From an uncultured Atopobium sp. (GTDB lineage: Bacteria > Actinomycetota > Coriobacteriia > Coriobacteriales > Atopobiaceae), in the NCBI GenBank assembly GCA_946997485.1, contig CAMPVF010000002.1, positions 95,987 through 159,986 of the forward strand: a stretch of 64,000 nucleotides of DNA, given 5' to 3'. Each line of letters begins with the position of its first letter. The first letter of the stretch is position 1. The position numbers were made by a program, and so were the translations under genes. Positions 1 through 9,471 of the stretch are shown piece after piece. The notes under the pieces were generated by a model. The model was not told where the DNA came from, made no database searches, and worked only from the letters and a program-made list of their open reading frames with translations.

Positions 1-691
1 TCTTCTTAAGCTTTCTGGTGAAGCTCTTATGGGCGATAAGGATTTTGGTATTGACCCAGATGTTCCTCAGCATATAGCCCGCGAGCTTAAAGCTGCCTAT
101 GATGCTGGTCTTCAAATTGCTGTTGTTGTTGGCGGCGGAAACATTTTTCGCGGCCTGCAGGGTGCAGCAGCAGGTATGGATCGTGCACAGGGTGACAATA
201 TGGGCATGCTGGCTACTGTTATCAATGCGCTTGCGCTCCAAGATACGTTTGAACACAACGATATGCAGTGTCGCGTAATGAGCGCCATTGAAATGCATCA
301 AGTGTCCGAAACTTACATTCGTAGGCGCGCAATTCGTCATCTCGAAAAAGGTCGTATCACTATTTTTGCAGCTGGTACAGGTAATCCATACTTTACTACC
401 GACACGGCAGCTGCGCTTCGTGCCTGCGAAATTGGTGCAGAAGTGCTTATGAAAGCCACTAAGGTAGACGGCATCTACGACAGTGATCCCGTTAAAAATC
501 CATCGGCAAAACGCTTTACTACTATTTCGTATATGGATGTGCTCAATAAAAATTTGCAGGTAATGGATACCACTGCAACGGCGTTGTGCCATGACAACCA
601 CATGCCAATTATGGTGTTCAACCTGGATGCACACGGTATTTTCGACCGAGCACTTAAGGGCGAAGCCGTTGGTACTACCGTTTGCGAATAA
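1..691 (+). CDS. pyrH: UMP kinase (5' end truncated by window edge)
   Basis: ORF 29..691 translation carries [11 protein letters not shown] and the C-terminal UMP kinase fold. The frame is open to the window start. Confidence 0.9.
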   Translation, partial: LLKLSGEALMGDKDFGIDPDVPQHIARELKAAYDAGLQIAVVVGGGNIFRGLQGAAAGMDRAQGDNMGMLATVINALALQDTFEHNDMQCRVMSAIEMHQVSETYIRRRAIRHLEKGRITIFAAGTGNPYFTTDTAAALRACEIGAEVLMKATKVDGIYDSDPVKNPSAKRFTTISYMDVLNKNLQVMDTTATALCHDNHMPIMVFNLDAHGIFDRALKGEAVGTTVCE

Positions 692-787
692 GTTTGCCCA
701 TTGCACATATACCACGCAATTTTCTTGGTATAGTCGTATAAGCATAATTCATGGCCTTGTATGTAGCTACATGGTAAAGGAGTAACA

Positions 788-1333
788 ATGAGTGAATATA
801 CCGATTTTGCAAAGTCGCACATGACCAAGGCAATTAGCGCGCTCAAAACTAATTTTTCGAAGGTGCGCACCGGTCGTGCTAATCCGCAGGTACTCGATGG
901 TATTAAGGTAGATTATTACGGTCAGCCAACGCCCATTTTGCAGCTTGCAGGCATTAAGGTGCCCGAGCCCACCGTGCTTGCTGTTGAGCCCTGGGATAAA
1001 AGTTCGCTTAAAGCTATCGAGAAGGCAATTGAAGCTTCCGATTTGGGCATTACGCCTAGCAACGACGGTGTAACTATTCGTTTGCCATTTCCTAAGCCCA
1101 CGCAACAGCGCCGCCTTGAGCTTGTAAAAGAGTGCAAGCAATATGCTGAGGATGCTAAAGTTGCTATTCGTAACGCGCGTCGTGATGCAAATGGTAAAGC
1201 TGAGCGCGATGAAGAGTTGAGCGAAGATGGTGTTTCGCGTGAGAAAAAAGCTATTCAAAAAATTACTGACGACTTTATTGCCCAGGTAGATGAGTTGCTG
1301 AAAACGAAATCGGCTGAGGTTATGGAGATTTAA
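788..1333 (+). CDS. frr: ribosome recycling factor
   Basis: 181 aa with typical Frr sequence (MTKAISALKTNFSKVRTGRANP...). It sits in the conserved pyrH-frr arrangement. Confidence 0.9.
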   Translation: MSEYTDFAKSHMTKAISALKTNFSKVRTGRANPQVLDGIKVDYYGQPTPILQLAGIKVPEPTVLAVEPWDKSSLKAIEKAIEASDLGITPSNDGVTIRLPFPKPTQQRRLELVKECKQYAEDAKVAIRNARRDANGKAERDEELSEDGVSREKKAIQKITDDFIAQVDELLKTKSAEVMEI

Positions 1334-2134
1334 GTGCAGGTAGATACAGCGCTTTTATACGAATACTTTGCCGCAGACGACACTAAAACTAACCAGCCAG
1401 ATGCCCCGCGCGAGCTTGTAGAGCGCCTTAATCTTGAGCGCATTCCAAAGCATGTATCCATTATTATGGATGGTAATGGTCGCTGGGCGCAAGCCCGGGG
1501 AAAAGATCGCTCGCAGGGTCATAAAGCTGGTGTTGCAGCGCTGCGTGAGGCTGTTACTACCAGTGTTCGCTTAGGTATTGACGTGTTAAGCGTATACGCA
1601 TTTTCTACCGAAAATTGGAAGCGTCCGCAAGCAGAAGTAAACTTGCTTATGCATCTTTTTGCAACAACGCTTGTGCGTGAGCTGCCGTTGTTTCACCAGG
1701 AAAACGTGCGTCTTATGTTTATCGGTGATCTAACGCAATTGCCGCAGGCAACGCAGGATGTATTTGCGCAAGGTCTTGAGGAAACAAAGCACAACACCGG
1801 TATGGTGTTTGCACTTGCGGTTAATTATGGTTCGCGTAGCGAAATAACCCGTGCGCTTAAACTGTGTTGTAAGCAGGTGCATGATGGTACGCTTGCCATT
1901 GACGATATAACCGAGGATACCATTGCCAGCAGGTTATACACCGCGCAGCTTCCCGATCCCGATTTGCTTATTCGCACGTCTGGTGAGATGCGCTTATCCA
2001 ACTATTTATTGTGGCAGCTTGCGTATAGTGAGCTGTATGTTACGCCTGTACTGTGGCCCGATTTTTCGCGCTGGGATTACTTGCGTGCTGTTATAGCGTA
2101 TCAAACACGCACCCGCCGCTTTGGGGGTTTGTAG
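1334..2134 (+). CDS. uppS: undecaprenyl diphosphate synthase (cis-prenyltransferase)
   Basis: HVSIIMDGNGRWA and FSTENWKRP motifs. A GTG start lies immediately after the frr stop. Confidence 0.85.
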   Translation: MQVDTALLYEYFAADDTKTNQPDAPRELVERLNLERIPKHVSIIMDGNGRWAQARGKDRSQGHKAGVAALREAVTTSVRLGIDVLSVYAFSTENWKRPQAEVNLLMHLFATTLVRELPLFHQENVRLMFIGDLTQLPQATQDVFAQGLEETKHNTGMVFALAVNYGSRSEITRALKLCCKQVHDGTLAIDDITEDTIASRLYTAQLPDPDLLIRTSGEMRLSNYLLWQLAYSELYVTPVLWPDFSRWDYLRAVIAYQTRTRRFGGL

Positions 2135-2138
2135 ACGC

Positions 2139-3095
2139 ATGATAAAAGCAAAGCGAACGGTATACTCAAAACGCACACGTGTTGGACAAGGTCTTGAGCG
2201 CGGCATTAATCGTTTGGAAAAGCGCCGCAACAAAAAAGAACCCGCACGTAAACGTGGTGAATTAAAAGGTCAGATTGCGCGCGCATGGACAGAAAAAGTT
2301 CTCATTCGCACGCTTTCGGGTGCTGTGTATGCCATTGCTATTGTTGCATGCATTTTTTTGGATACAAGTGCCCTTGCGCTTGCGATTGCCGGCATGGCGT
2401 GGCTGTGCTGCTCGGAATTTTTTCGTATGGCTCACAAAGCGGGCTATGCGCCTAATGAATTTATTGGCTTGTTTGTAGCTCTTGTGTTTCCTGTTGTAGC
2501 GCAGCTTGGTAGTGTTGTATATCTTACCTGCGTAGTTGTTATTTACGCTATGGTGCTTGCTGCGTATTATATTATTACGCCAAAAGCAACAATCGCCGAT
2601 ATTGCACTTAGTTTTATAGGGCCTTTGTACTGCTCGCTTATGCTTTCGCACATTGTTCTTATTCGCACGGCAGAAGCCACGCAGCCGCTTGGCATCGTTA
2701 CCCTTGCTGTTATGGGATCGGTGTGGGTTGAAGACGCCGCGGCATACTTTGTGGGCTGCAATTTTGGCCGCCACCGTCTTGCGCCTACCATCTCGCCTAA
2801 TAAAAGTGTTGAAGGTTTTTTTGGTGGCCTTGTTGGCTGTATTGCAATATGGCTGATAGCTGCATATCTTAACTTTATTCCTGTTGGGCTTCCCTTTGCT
2901 GCTTTCTGTGGATTATGCGTCGGTGTTATTTCAGTTGTTGGCGATTTGTTTGAATCGCGCATTAAGCGCTCCGTTAATCTTAAAGATTCTGGCAACATTA
3001 TTCCTGGTCATGGTGGCTTGCTCGATAGGAACGATTCCATGCTTTTTGGCTGTACAATGGCCTATTTACTCTTACATATAGGAGGCATCCTTTGA
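2139..3095 (+). CDS. cdsA: phosphatidate cytidylyltransferase (CDP-diglyceride synthase) with basic N-terminal extension
   Basis: Multi-TM protein ending in the CdsA signature SRIKRSVNLKDSGNIIPGHGGLLDRNDS. The ATG at 2139 follows the uppS stop, and the ORF track start at 2121 overlaps uppS. Confidence 0.75.
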   Translation: MIKAKRTVYSKRTRVGQGLERGINRLEKRRNKKEPARKRGELKGQIARAWTEKVLIRTLSGAVYAIAIVACIFLDTSALALAIAGMAWLCCSEFFRMAHKAGYAPNEFIGLFVALVFPVVAQLGSVVYLTCVVVIYAMVLAAYYIITPKATIADIALSFIGPLYCSLMLSHIVLIRTAEATQPLGIVTLAVMGSVWVEDAAAYFVGCNFGRHRLAPTISPNKSVEGFFGGLVGCIAIWLIAAYLNFIPVGLPFAAFCGLCVGVISVVGDLFESRIKRSVNLKDSGNIIPGHGGLLDRNDSMLFGCTMAYLLLHIGGIL

Positions 3096-4426
3096 GTTTG
3101 TTTTCTTCTTCTACCTCAATGGATATGCAAACATCCACTGTGGGATGCAACATTGCACATGGTGCGGATGTGTCGCCGCGCACGTCAGTATCTTTGCAAT
3201 CCTCACACGTACGCACGCCCGCACCCGCAAAAACGCAGGTAAAACCTCATGCAAAGCTGCGCGTTGCTATTTTAGGTTCGTCGGGCTCTATAGGCACGCA
3301 AACGCTCGACGTCTGTCGCCGTCACGCCGACAAAATTGATGTGGTGGCTCTTTCGGTGCATTCGTCTACAGACAAGCTTGTAGCGCAGGCGCAGGAATTT
3401 AAACCGCGCTATGCAGTTGTTTCTAATAAGACTCATGCGCACGACGCTATATTGCAGCAGCTACCGTCTACAACTACGCTTACCTGCGGCGCACGTGCAT
3501 TAGAAGAGCTGGTGTATGCCGATGACATCGATTGCGTTGTATGTGCTGTTGTGGGGTTTGCGGGCGTGCGCGTGGGCTATGCTGCACTTAAAGCGGGCAA
3601 AAAACTTGCCTACGCAAACAAGGAATCGCTTGTTGTAGCAGGCGATTTGCTCATGCCGCTTGTTACACCATACAACCTTGTGCCTGTCGATTCCGAGCAC
3701 AGTGCAATTTTTCAATGTTTGGTAGGCGAGGGACTTGCCCCAATTAAAAAAATATGGCTCACGTGCTCGGGCGGTCCTTTTTTTGGCTTTACAAAAAACC
3801 AGCTTAAAGCGGTAACGCCGCAGCAAGCGCTTGCTCATCCAACATGGCGTATGGGTGCAAAAATAACTATCGACTCGGCTACGCTCATGAATAAGGGGCT
3901 CGAAATTCTTGAAGCTGCGCGCCTGTTTGAGGTGCCTATCGATGCAATTGAAGTGCTTATTCATCGCCAAAGCACCATTCATTCTATGGTTGAATTTGTT
4001 GATGGTTCGCTAAAAGCTCAGCTTGGAGCCTCGGATATGCGTATCGCCATTCAATACGCGTTTAGCTATCCCAAAAGGTGGGATACGCCCACCCAGCCGC
4101 GCCTCGATTGGCATACAATTGCACCACTTTCGTTTGATTCTGCCGATGAGGACGCGTTTGGCTGCCTTCGTTTGGCGCGCCAGGCAGGTCGGATTGGAAA
4201 AACTATGCCCTGCGCTATGAATGCGGCAAACGAAGTGGCAAATGCTGCATTTCGCCGTGGCGACTGTTCGTTTCTTGATATAGAAGCCACCGTTGCGCAC
4301 GTAATGGAGCGTCATACGCCGCTTTCTGTAGAAAGTATCGAAATGCTCGAAGATGTAGATGCTGCGTGCCGCGCACAGGCACGTGAATTTTTGGGTATCG
4401 TATCCCATACAGGCGCACAGCGCTAA
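3092..4426 (+). CDS. dxr: 1-deoxy-D-xylulose 5-phosphate reductoisomerase
   Basis: LRVAILGSSGSIGTQTLDV NADPH motif and VDSEHSAIFQC. The TTG start at 3092 is 6 nt after AGGAGG and overlaps the cdsA stop. About 50 aa of N-terminal extension precede the Rossmann motif, so the true start may be internal. Confidence 0.85.
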   Translation: MSLFSSSTSMDMQTSTVGCNIAHGADVSPRTSVSLQSSHVRTPAPAKTQVKPHAKLRVAILGSSGSIGTQTLDVCRRHADKIDVVALSVHSSTDKLVAQAQEFKPRYAVVSNKTHAHDAILQQLPSTTTLTCGARALEELVYADDIDCVVCAVVGFAGVRVGYAALKAGKKLAYANKESLVVAGDLLMPLVTPYNLVPVDSEHSAIFQCLVGEGLAPIKKIWLTCSGGPFFGFTKNQLKAVTPQQALAHPTWRMGAKITIDSATLMNKGLEILEAARLFEVPIDAIEVLIHRQSTIHSMVEFVDGSLKAQLGASDMRIAIQYAFSYPKRWDTPTQPRLDWHTIAPLSFDSADEDAFGCLRLARQAGRIGKTMPCAMNAANEVANAAFRRGDCSFLDIEATVAHVMERHTPLSVESIEMLEDVDAACRAQAREFLGIVSHTGAQR

Positions 4427-4582
4427 CACAAACGCTGCGTGTAACGAGTATTAGGCAGAATGCGCAGCAAACTGCGCAGCTTTCGCGCCGTTTGCCATTG
4501 CGCTGCAGCGCCCGAGCTGTGTGTGGCACGTAATGGTGCTACACGGTAAGGTTCATACAACAGATTGTTGCAGGTTTAGATT

Positions 4583-6085
4583 GTGAATACGCAGATACCA
4601 GTCATTATATCCATCGCAAGCATGGTTTTTTGGGGCGTTCTTGTATTATCGCTTCTCGTTGTTCTTCATGAAGCAGGACACTTCATCTTGGCGCGCGTGT
4701 GTGGTATGCGTGTAAGCGAATTCTTTGTGGGTATGCCATGCAAAATTAAAGCGTCGCTACACCTTCGTCATTGGGGCACCGAGGTTGGTATTACGCCTTT
4801 GTTGCTTGGTGGCTATACGCGTATTTGCGGTATGAGCACGTATCAAAGCCCGTATGCCGAAGCGGTACTTGCATATGTGTATAGCGTTGGTAGATGCTCG
4901 GTATCAGAGTGTGCTCGCAGCGTGCAGTGTAGCGAAGATGAAGCATACGATGCGCTTATGATGCTTGCCGATTGGTGTTCCATTCGCAAAGTTTTACCTG
5001 CGCAGGCAGAGAAGCTTGCAGCGTGCCCTAACACGCAGCAAAGCTCAGCCGAAGACGCGCGGCAAGATATGCCACAAGACATGCACCACGAAGCCCACCA
5101 TGAAAACCAAGACAATCTCAAGGATGCCTCCGCTGCGGAACGTTCATGGTATAGCACGGTTTATTTTGAAACCATGCAGCGTGATGCGCACAATCGCACA
5201 ATGTTCGACACGGGGCATACGTTTACTGGTCCTAACACGCATCTGCAGGGCGCTCCAAACCCGCAGGCAGATGCCCATGCGTTTTATGTGTCCGAGATGC
5301 GCTCCACCTATAACGGTAAAGGATTTGTGCCGCGCATGCTGGCACTTGCAGCAGGCCCGGTGTTTAACATCATTGGAGCATTTGTAATTGTGGTAGTTGC
5401 ACTAAGCATTATTGGGTTTAATGCTCCTACCAACTCAAACACCTTGGGCGCAGTAGATCCCAACTCGTATGCAGCGCAGCTTGGCATGTCAGCTGGCGAT
5501 ACCATTATCGCTGTTAGTGATGTTCCTACACCAACGTGGAACGACGTTGCAGGTGCTATTACAACGCACGTGCGCGCACAAAAACCTTTTTCGCTTGAAT
5601 ATACCCGCGATGGCGTGCACAAACGTGTTGATGTCGATCCATCGCAGTGTAAGCAGCATTTTGGCATATACGCGCAATTTGCACTCACACATCTTTCACC
5701 GCTTCAGTCTATAACCGTTGCGCAGCGCTATTTTTCATCAACCATGGAGTTTATAGTCAATCTTTTTATTCCTCAACACACGCTCGAAACCATATCCCAG
5801 AGCTCATCTGTTGTTGGCATATCGCGCTTTGCTGCTCAGGCTGCCGAGCGCGGCCTTGAAAGCTTTCTTATGTTTTGCGCTATGATTTCCATGTCGCTTG
5901 GCTGTATGAACTTGTTGCCCATCCCGCCGCTCGATGGAGGAAAGGCGCTTTTTGAAATTATTCAAGCGATAACGCGCCGTCCCGTTTCGCCAAAAGTTCA
6001 AGCGGTTGTTTTGTATATTGGTCTTGCTTTTATTGGCGTTATTTTTCTTTTTGCGCTGTATAACGATATAGCGCCCATGTTGTAG
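4583..6085 (+). CDS. rseP: site-2 protease, M50 family zinc metalloprotease (RseP/Rip1-like) with large internal insertion
   Basis: HEAGHF (HExxH) in TM1, a PDZ-like region, and the LNLLPIPPLDGG motif. Its position between dxr and ispG matches mycobacterial rip1. Confidence 0.75.
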   Translation: MNTQIPVIISIASMVFWGVLVLSLLVVLHEAGHFILARVCGMRVSEFFVGMPCKIKASLHLRHWGTEVGITPLLLGGYTRICGMSTYQSPYAEAVLAYVYSVGRCSVSECARSVQCSEDEAYDALMMLADWCSIRKVLPAQAEKLAACPNTQQSSAEDARQDMPQDMHHEAHHENQDNLKDASAAERSWYSTVYFETMQRDAHNRTMFDTGHTFTGPNTHLQGAPNPQADAHAFYVSEMRSTYNGKGFVPRMLALAAGPVFNIIGAFVIVVVALSIIGFNAPTNSNTLGAVDPNSYAAQLGMSAGDTIIAVSDVPTPTWNDVAGAITTHVRAQKPFSLEYTRDGVHKRVDVDPSQCKQHFGIYAQFALTHLSPLQSITVAQRYFSSTMEFIVNLFIPQHTLETISQSSSVVGISRFAAQAAERGLESFLMFCAMISMSLGCMNLLPIPPLDGGKALFEIIQAITRRPVSPKVQAVVLYIGLAFIGVIFLFALYNDIAPML

Positions 6086-6172
6086 GATGTATGCCGGCAC
6101 GCTATTTTTTGCGCGCCTTTGCACGTGCGCGCCAGAGGTAGGTTACTAGGTAGGTTAGGTAGTTTAGATTTT

Positions 6173-7357
6173 ATGCACGATACACGTAATAACGATACAC
6201 ACATACACCAACACGCAGCTGCGCTGCATGATACTCCCATGCCCGCAGCGCCTGCTGAAAACCCCGCGTCTGCACTCATACCCGTGCGCAACCAAACGCA
6301 TCAGGTACACGTAGGCCCGGTTCCTGTTGGCGGCGGTGCTCCTGTATCTGTACAGTCGATGTGCACCACTAAAACCAGCGACGCCGAAGCTACGCTTGCT
6401 CAAATTACCAAGCTTATGGAAGCCGGCTGCGAAATTATTCGTGTGGCCATTCCAACACCTTCGGTATTAAACGGGTTTGGCGAAATTTGCAAAAAAAGCC
6501 CGCTTCCCGTTGTAGCTGATATCCATTTCGATTATAAGCTTGCTATTGCAGCAGCCCAGGCCGGAGCCTCGGCGCTGCGTATTAACCCGGGTAACATTGG
6601 CTCTATGGATAAGGTTGATGCTGTTATCGATGCCGCGCGAAAGGCACGTATTCCTATTCGCATTGGCGTTAATGCAGGCTCCATCGATAAGGCGCTTGAT
6701 ACGAGAGATGATCTGACGCTTTCTCAAAAGCTTATTGCGTCTGCGCGTGGCTATGTTGAGCATTTTCGTGCGCGCGACTTTAACGACATTGTGCTTTCGG
6801 CCAAAGCGCATTCGGTGCCAACAACACTCGAAACCTATCGTGCGCTATCGGCTGCGCTTCCCGACGTGCCCCTTCATGTGGGTGTTACCGAAGCCGGCAC
6901 GCAGCGTCAGGGCACCGTTAAAAATTCTGTAGGTGTTGGTATTTTGCTTGAGCAGGGTATTGGCGACACCATTCGTCTTTCGCTTACCTGCGATCCTGTA
7001 GAAGAAGTATACGTTGCATGGGACTTGCTCTCAGCGCTCGGTATGCGCAGGTTAACGCCCGAATTGGTGAGCTGTCCTACCTGTGGTCGTTGTCAGGTTG
7101 ACATGATAGAAATGGCACAGGTTGTATCCGATAGGCTCGCCCGCATTAAAGCGCCTATATCGGTTGCCGTTATGGGCTGCGCGGTGAATGGTCCAGGCGA
7201 AGCCCGCGATGCCGATTTAGGTGTTGCTTGCGGAAACAACAAGGGTGTTATCTTTCAAAATGGTAAGCCCATACGCAGCGTTCCATCCGATCGTATTGTG
7301 GATGAGCTATTTCAAGAAATTCAAGATAGGTATGGCATTGATGTAAACGATGCGTAG
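6173..7357 (+). CDS. ispG: 4-hydroxy-3-methylbut-2-en-1-yl diphosphate synthase
   Basis: VSVQSMCTTKTSD and the C-terminal CPTCGRC Fe-S motif. The ORF track opens at a TTG at 6119, and the ATG at 6173 is the more likely start. Confidence 0.85.
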   Translation: MHDTRNNDTHIHQHAAALHDTPMPAAPAENPASALIPVRNQTHQVHVGPVPVGGGAPVSVQSMCTTKTSDAEATLAQITKLMEAGCEIIRVAIPTPSVLNGFGEICKKSPLPVVADIHFDYKLAIAAAQAGASALRINPGNIGSMDKVDAVIDAARKARIPIRIGVNAGSIDKALDTRDDLTLSQKLIASARGYVEHFRARDFNDIVLSAKAHSVPTTLETYRALSAALPDVPLHVGVTEAGTQRQGTVKNSVGVGILLEQGIGDTIRLSLTCDPVEEVYVAWDLLSALGMRRLTPELVSCPTCGRCQVDMIEMAQVVSDRLARIKAPISVAVMGCAVNGPGEARDADLGVACGNNKGVIFQNGKPIRSVPSDRIVDELFQEIQDRYGIDVNDA

Positions 7358-7523
7358 CACCCGCGTGACGGTACGCAGATCATGTTGGAACATATCATGG
7401 ATATGACGTGCATAATCTTCGGAAGTTTTATATAAATTACATGCATATACGTGTGCGTGCTGCAGGTTCGATATATGATAAACCATTGTTATATGTATAC
7501 ACCACGTGAAAGGGGAATGAGTT

Positions 7524-9248
7524 TTGAAACGTTACGCAACTATGTCAAGGCTCTATGCGCCTACGCTTAAAGAAAATCCTGTTGACGCCGACATTGCAAG
7601 TCATCGTTTATTGTGTCGCGCTGGTATGATTCGTAAAGCCGCGTCTGGGTTGTATACATATTTGCCGCTTGCATGGCGATCTATCCTCAAAATTGAAGGC
7701 ATCATTCGTGATGAAATGGAAGCTATCGATTGCCAAGAAATGCTTACGCCTATTTTAACGTCGGCAGAGCTGTGGCACCAAAGCGGAAGATGGGACGTCT
7801 ACGGTCCTGAACTCATGCGTCTTACCGATCGCCACGATCATGAATATGCCTTAGGTCCAACTCATGAAGAAACCTATGTAGACCTTGTTCGAAGCGAACT
7901 TCGCAGCTACAAGCAGCTGCCTGTTACGCTCTACCATATTCAGGATAAATTTAGAGACGAGCGTCGTCCTCGTTTTGGACTCATGCGCAGCCGCGAATTT
8001 ATTATGAAAGACGCGTATTCATTTTGTGCTACACAAGAAAGCTTGCAGCAATGCTACGACGATCAAAAACAAGCGTATGCAAACGTTGCGCGTCGGTGTG
8101 GTATTCGCGCGCTTCCTGTTGTTGCCGATTCGGGTCAGATTGGTGGCGATACGAGCGTGGAGTTTATGGCGCTTGCCGATGCAGGCGAAGCCGAGCTTGT
8201 ATACTGTGATAGCTGCGGTTATGCCGCCGATGCAGAAGCTGCAACCACGCGTATTGCTATCGAAAACACCACTCAAACGACGCTTAAAAAAGTACACACG
8301 CCGCAGTGCTCAACTATTGACGACTTGGCAGCGCAACTTGGTGTTGATGCACTACAAACGCGTAAAGCGCTTGCGCTTGTTGCCGAAGATGGCAGAGCGT
8401 GTGTTGTTTTTGTACCCGGCATGCGCACGCTTAACGATGTAAAAGCAAGTCATGTGTTTGGTGAATACCACATGATGGACGACGAAGAACTCACACAGTT
8501 TGGCCTGGTAAAAGGCTTTATCGGACCGATTAATTTACCTCAAGATGTACACGTGTATCAGGATATTAGCCTTCAAGATGCAACCACGTGGATTTGTGGT
8601 GCAAATGAAGTTGATTATCACCTGGTAGGCGCTGTGCCTGGTCGCGATTTTGAACTTGGTGAGTACGTCGACGTAGTTAGCGCACAAGCAGGCGACGGTT
8701 GTCCTCGCTGTGCAGCTTCGCTTAAGTCGGCACGCGGTATCGAAATTTCGCAGGTATTTCAGCTTGGTACCAAATATTCGAGCGCGATGGGCGCTACCTT
8801 TATGGACGAGGATGGCACCGAAAAGCCCTTTATTATGGGGTGCTACGGCATTGGCGTTTCGCGTACGCTTGCTGCCGTGGTTGAGCAACACTACGACGAC
8901 CACGGTATTATTTGGCCTATCTCCGTTGCTCCTTATGAGGTAGAGGTTATTGCGCTTGATACCAACGACGATGTTATTTGGCCGCAGGCAACAGCTATCG
9001 CTGAGAAGCTCACCGCGCGCGGTATTGAAGTTATTGTTGATGACCGTGAGCTTCGTCCTGGCGTTAAGTTTAACGATGCCGATCTTATGGGCTTTCCGTA
9101 CCAGGTTGTGTGCGGTAAAAAAGCGCTTGAGCGCGGTTGTGTTGAGCTTAAGTGTCGTGCTGATGGTTCACGTGTTGAAGTGGCACTTGACGCTATCGTA
9201 TCCGAGCTTGAGCAGCGCATTGCGCACGACAAAGAACTTCTTAAGTAA
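7524..9248 (+). CDS. proS: prolyl-tRNA synthetase (bacterial type with editing domain)
   Basis: 574 aa with class II motifs and an INS editing region. The TTG at 7524 is preceded by a GGGGA RBS, and ATG 7542 is an alternative start. Confidence 0.9.
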   Translation: MKRYATMSRLYAPTLKENPVDADIASHRLLCRAGMIRKAASGLYTYLPLAWRSILKIEGIIRDEMEAIDCQEMLTPILTSAELWHQSGRWDVYGPELMRLTDRHDHEYALGPTHEETYVDLVRSELRSYKQLPVTLYHIQDKFRDERRPRFGLMRSREFIMKDAYSFCATQESLQQCYDDQKQAYANVARRCGIRALPVVADSGQIGGDTSVEFMALADAGEAELVYCDSCGYAADAEAATTRIAIENTTQTTLKKVHTPQCSTIDDLAAQLGVDALQTRKALALVAEDGRACVVFVPGMRTLNDVKASHVFGEYHMMDDEELTQFGLVKGFIGPINLPQDVHVYQDISLQDATTWICGANEVDYHLVGAVPGRDFELGEYVDVVSAQAGDGCPRCAASLKSARGIEISQVFQLGTKYSSAMGATFMDEDGTEKPFIMGCYGIGVSRTLAAVVEQHYDDHGIIWPISVAPYEVEVIALDTNDDVIWPQATAIAEKLTARGIEVIVDDRELRPGVKFNDADLMGFPYQVVCGKKALERGCVELKCRADGSRVEVALDAIVSELEQRIAHDKELLK

Positions 9249-9363
9249 CAATCTCATGCTGCGCCGTATGTAACACGCGCCATGCCGTATGCACTTCACG
9301 TGACGCTACGCGTGAGTGCACCGTGGCGCTTAAGTGCAGTTAGAGCAAAGTGTATATACTAAT

Positions 9364-9391
9364 GCACCCAAGAGCGCATGTTCTTGGGTGC
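9364..9391. terminator. putative bidirectional stem-loop between convergent proS and aroQ
   Basis: GCACCCAAGA-gcgcatgt-TCTTGGGTGC forms a 10-bp perfect inverted repeat, followed by a U-containing tract ATTGGTTGTATT. Confidence 0.35.
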
Positions 9392-9471
9392 ATTGGTTGT
9401 ATTATGTACGGAGCAAAAGTTAGGCTTTACGCTTTACGCTTTACGCGCGCGATTCCTTCTTATCTGCCGCC

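Noticed and set aside
2262-2774. 170-aa minus-strand ORF, and similar antisense/alternate-frame ORFs (e.g. 3500..3982 -, 9350..9739 +, 11657..12151 +, 26219..26821 -, 33972..34511 -, 41324..41974 -, 42626..43111 -, 58239..58727 -)
   Set aside because: All overlap confidently assigned conserved genes on the opposite strand or another frame. Their translations are basic and Arg/Cys-rich, which is typical of spurious frames.
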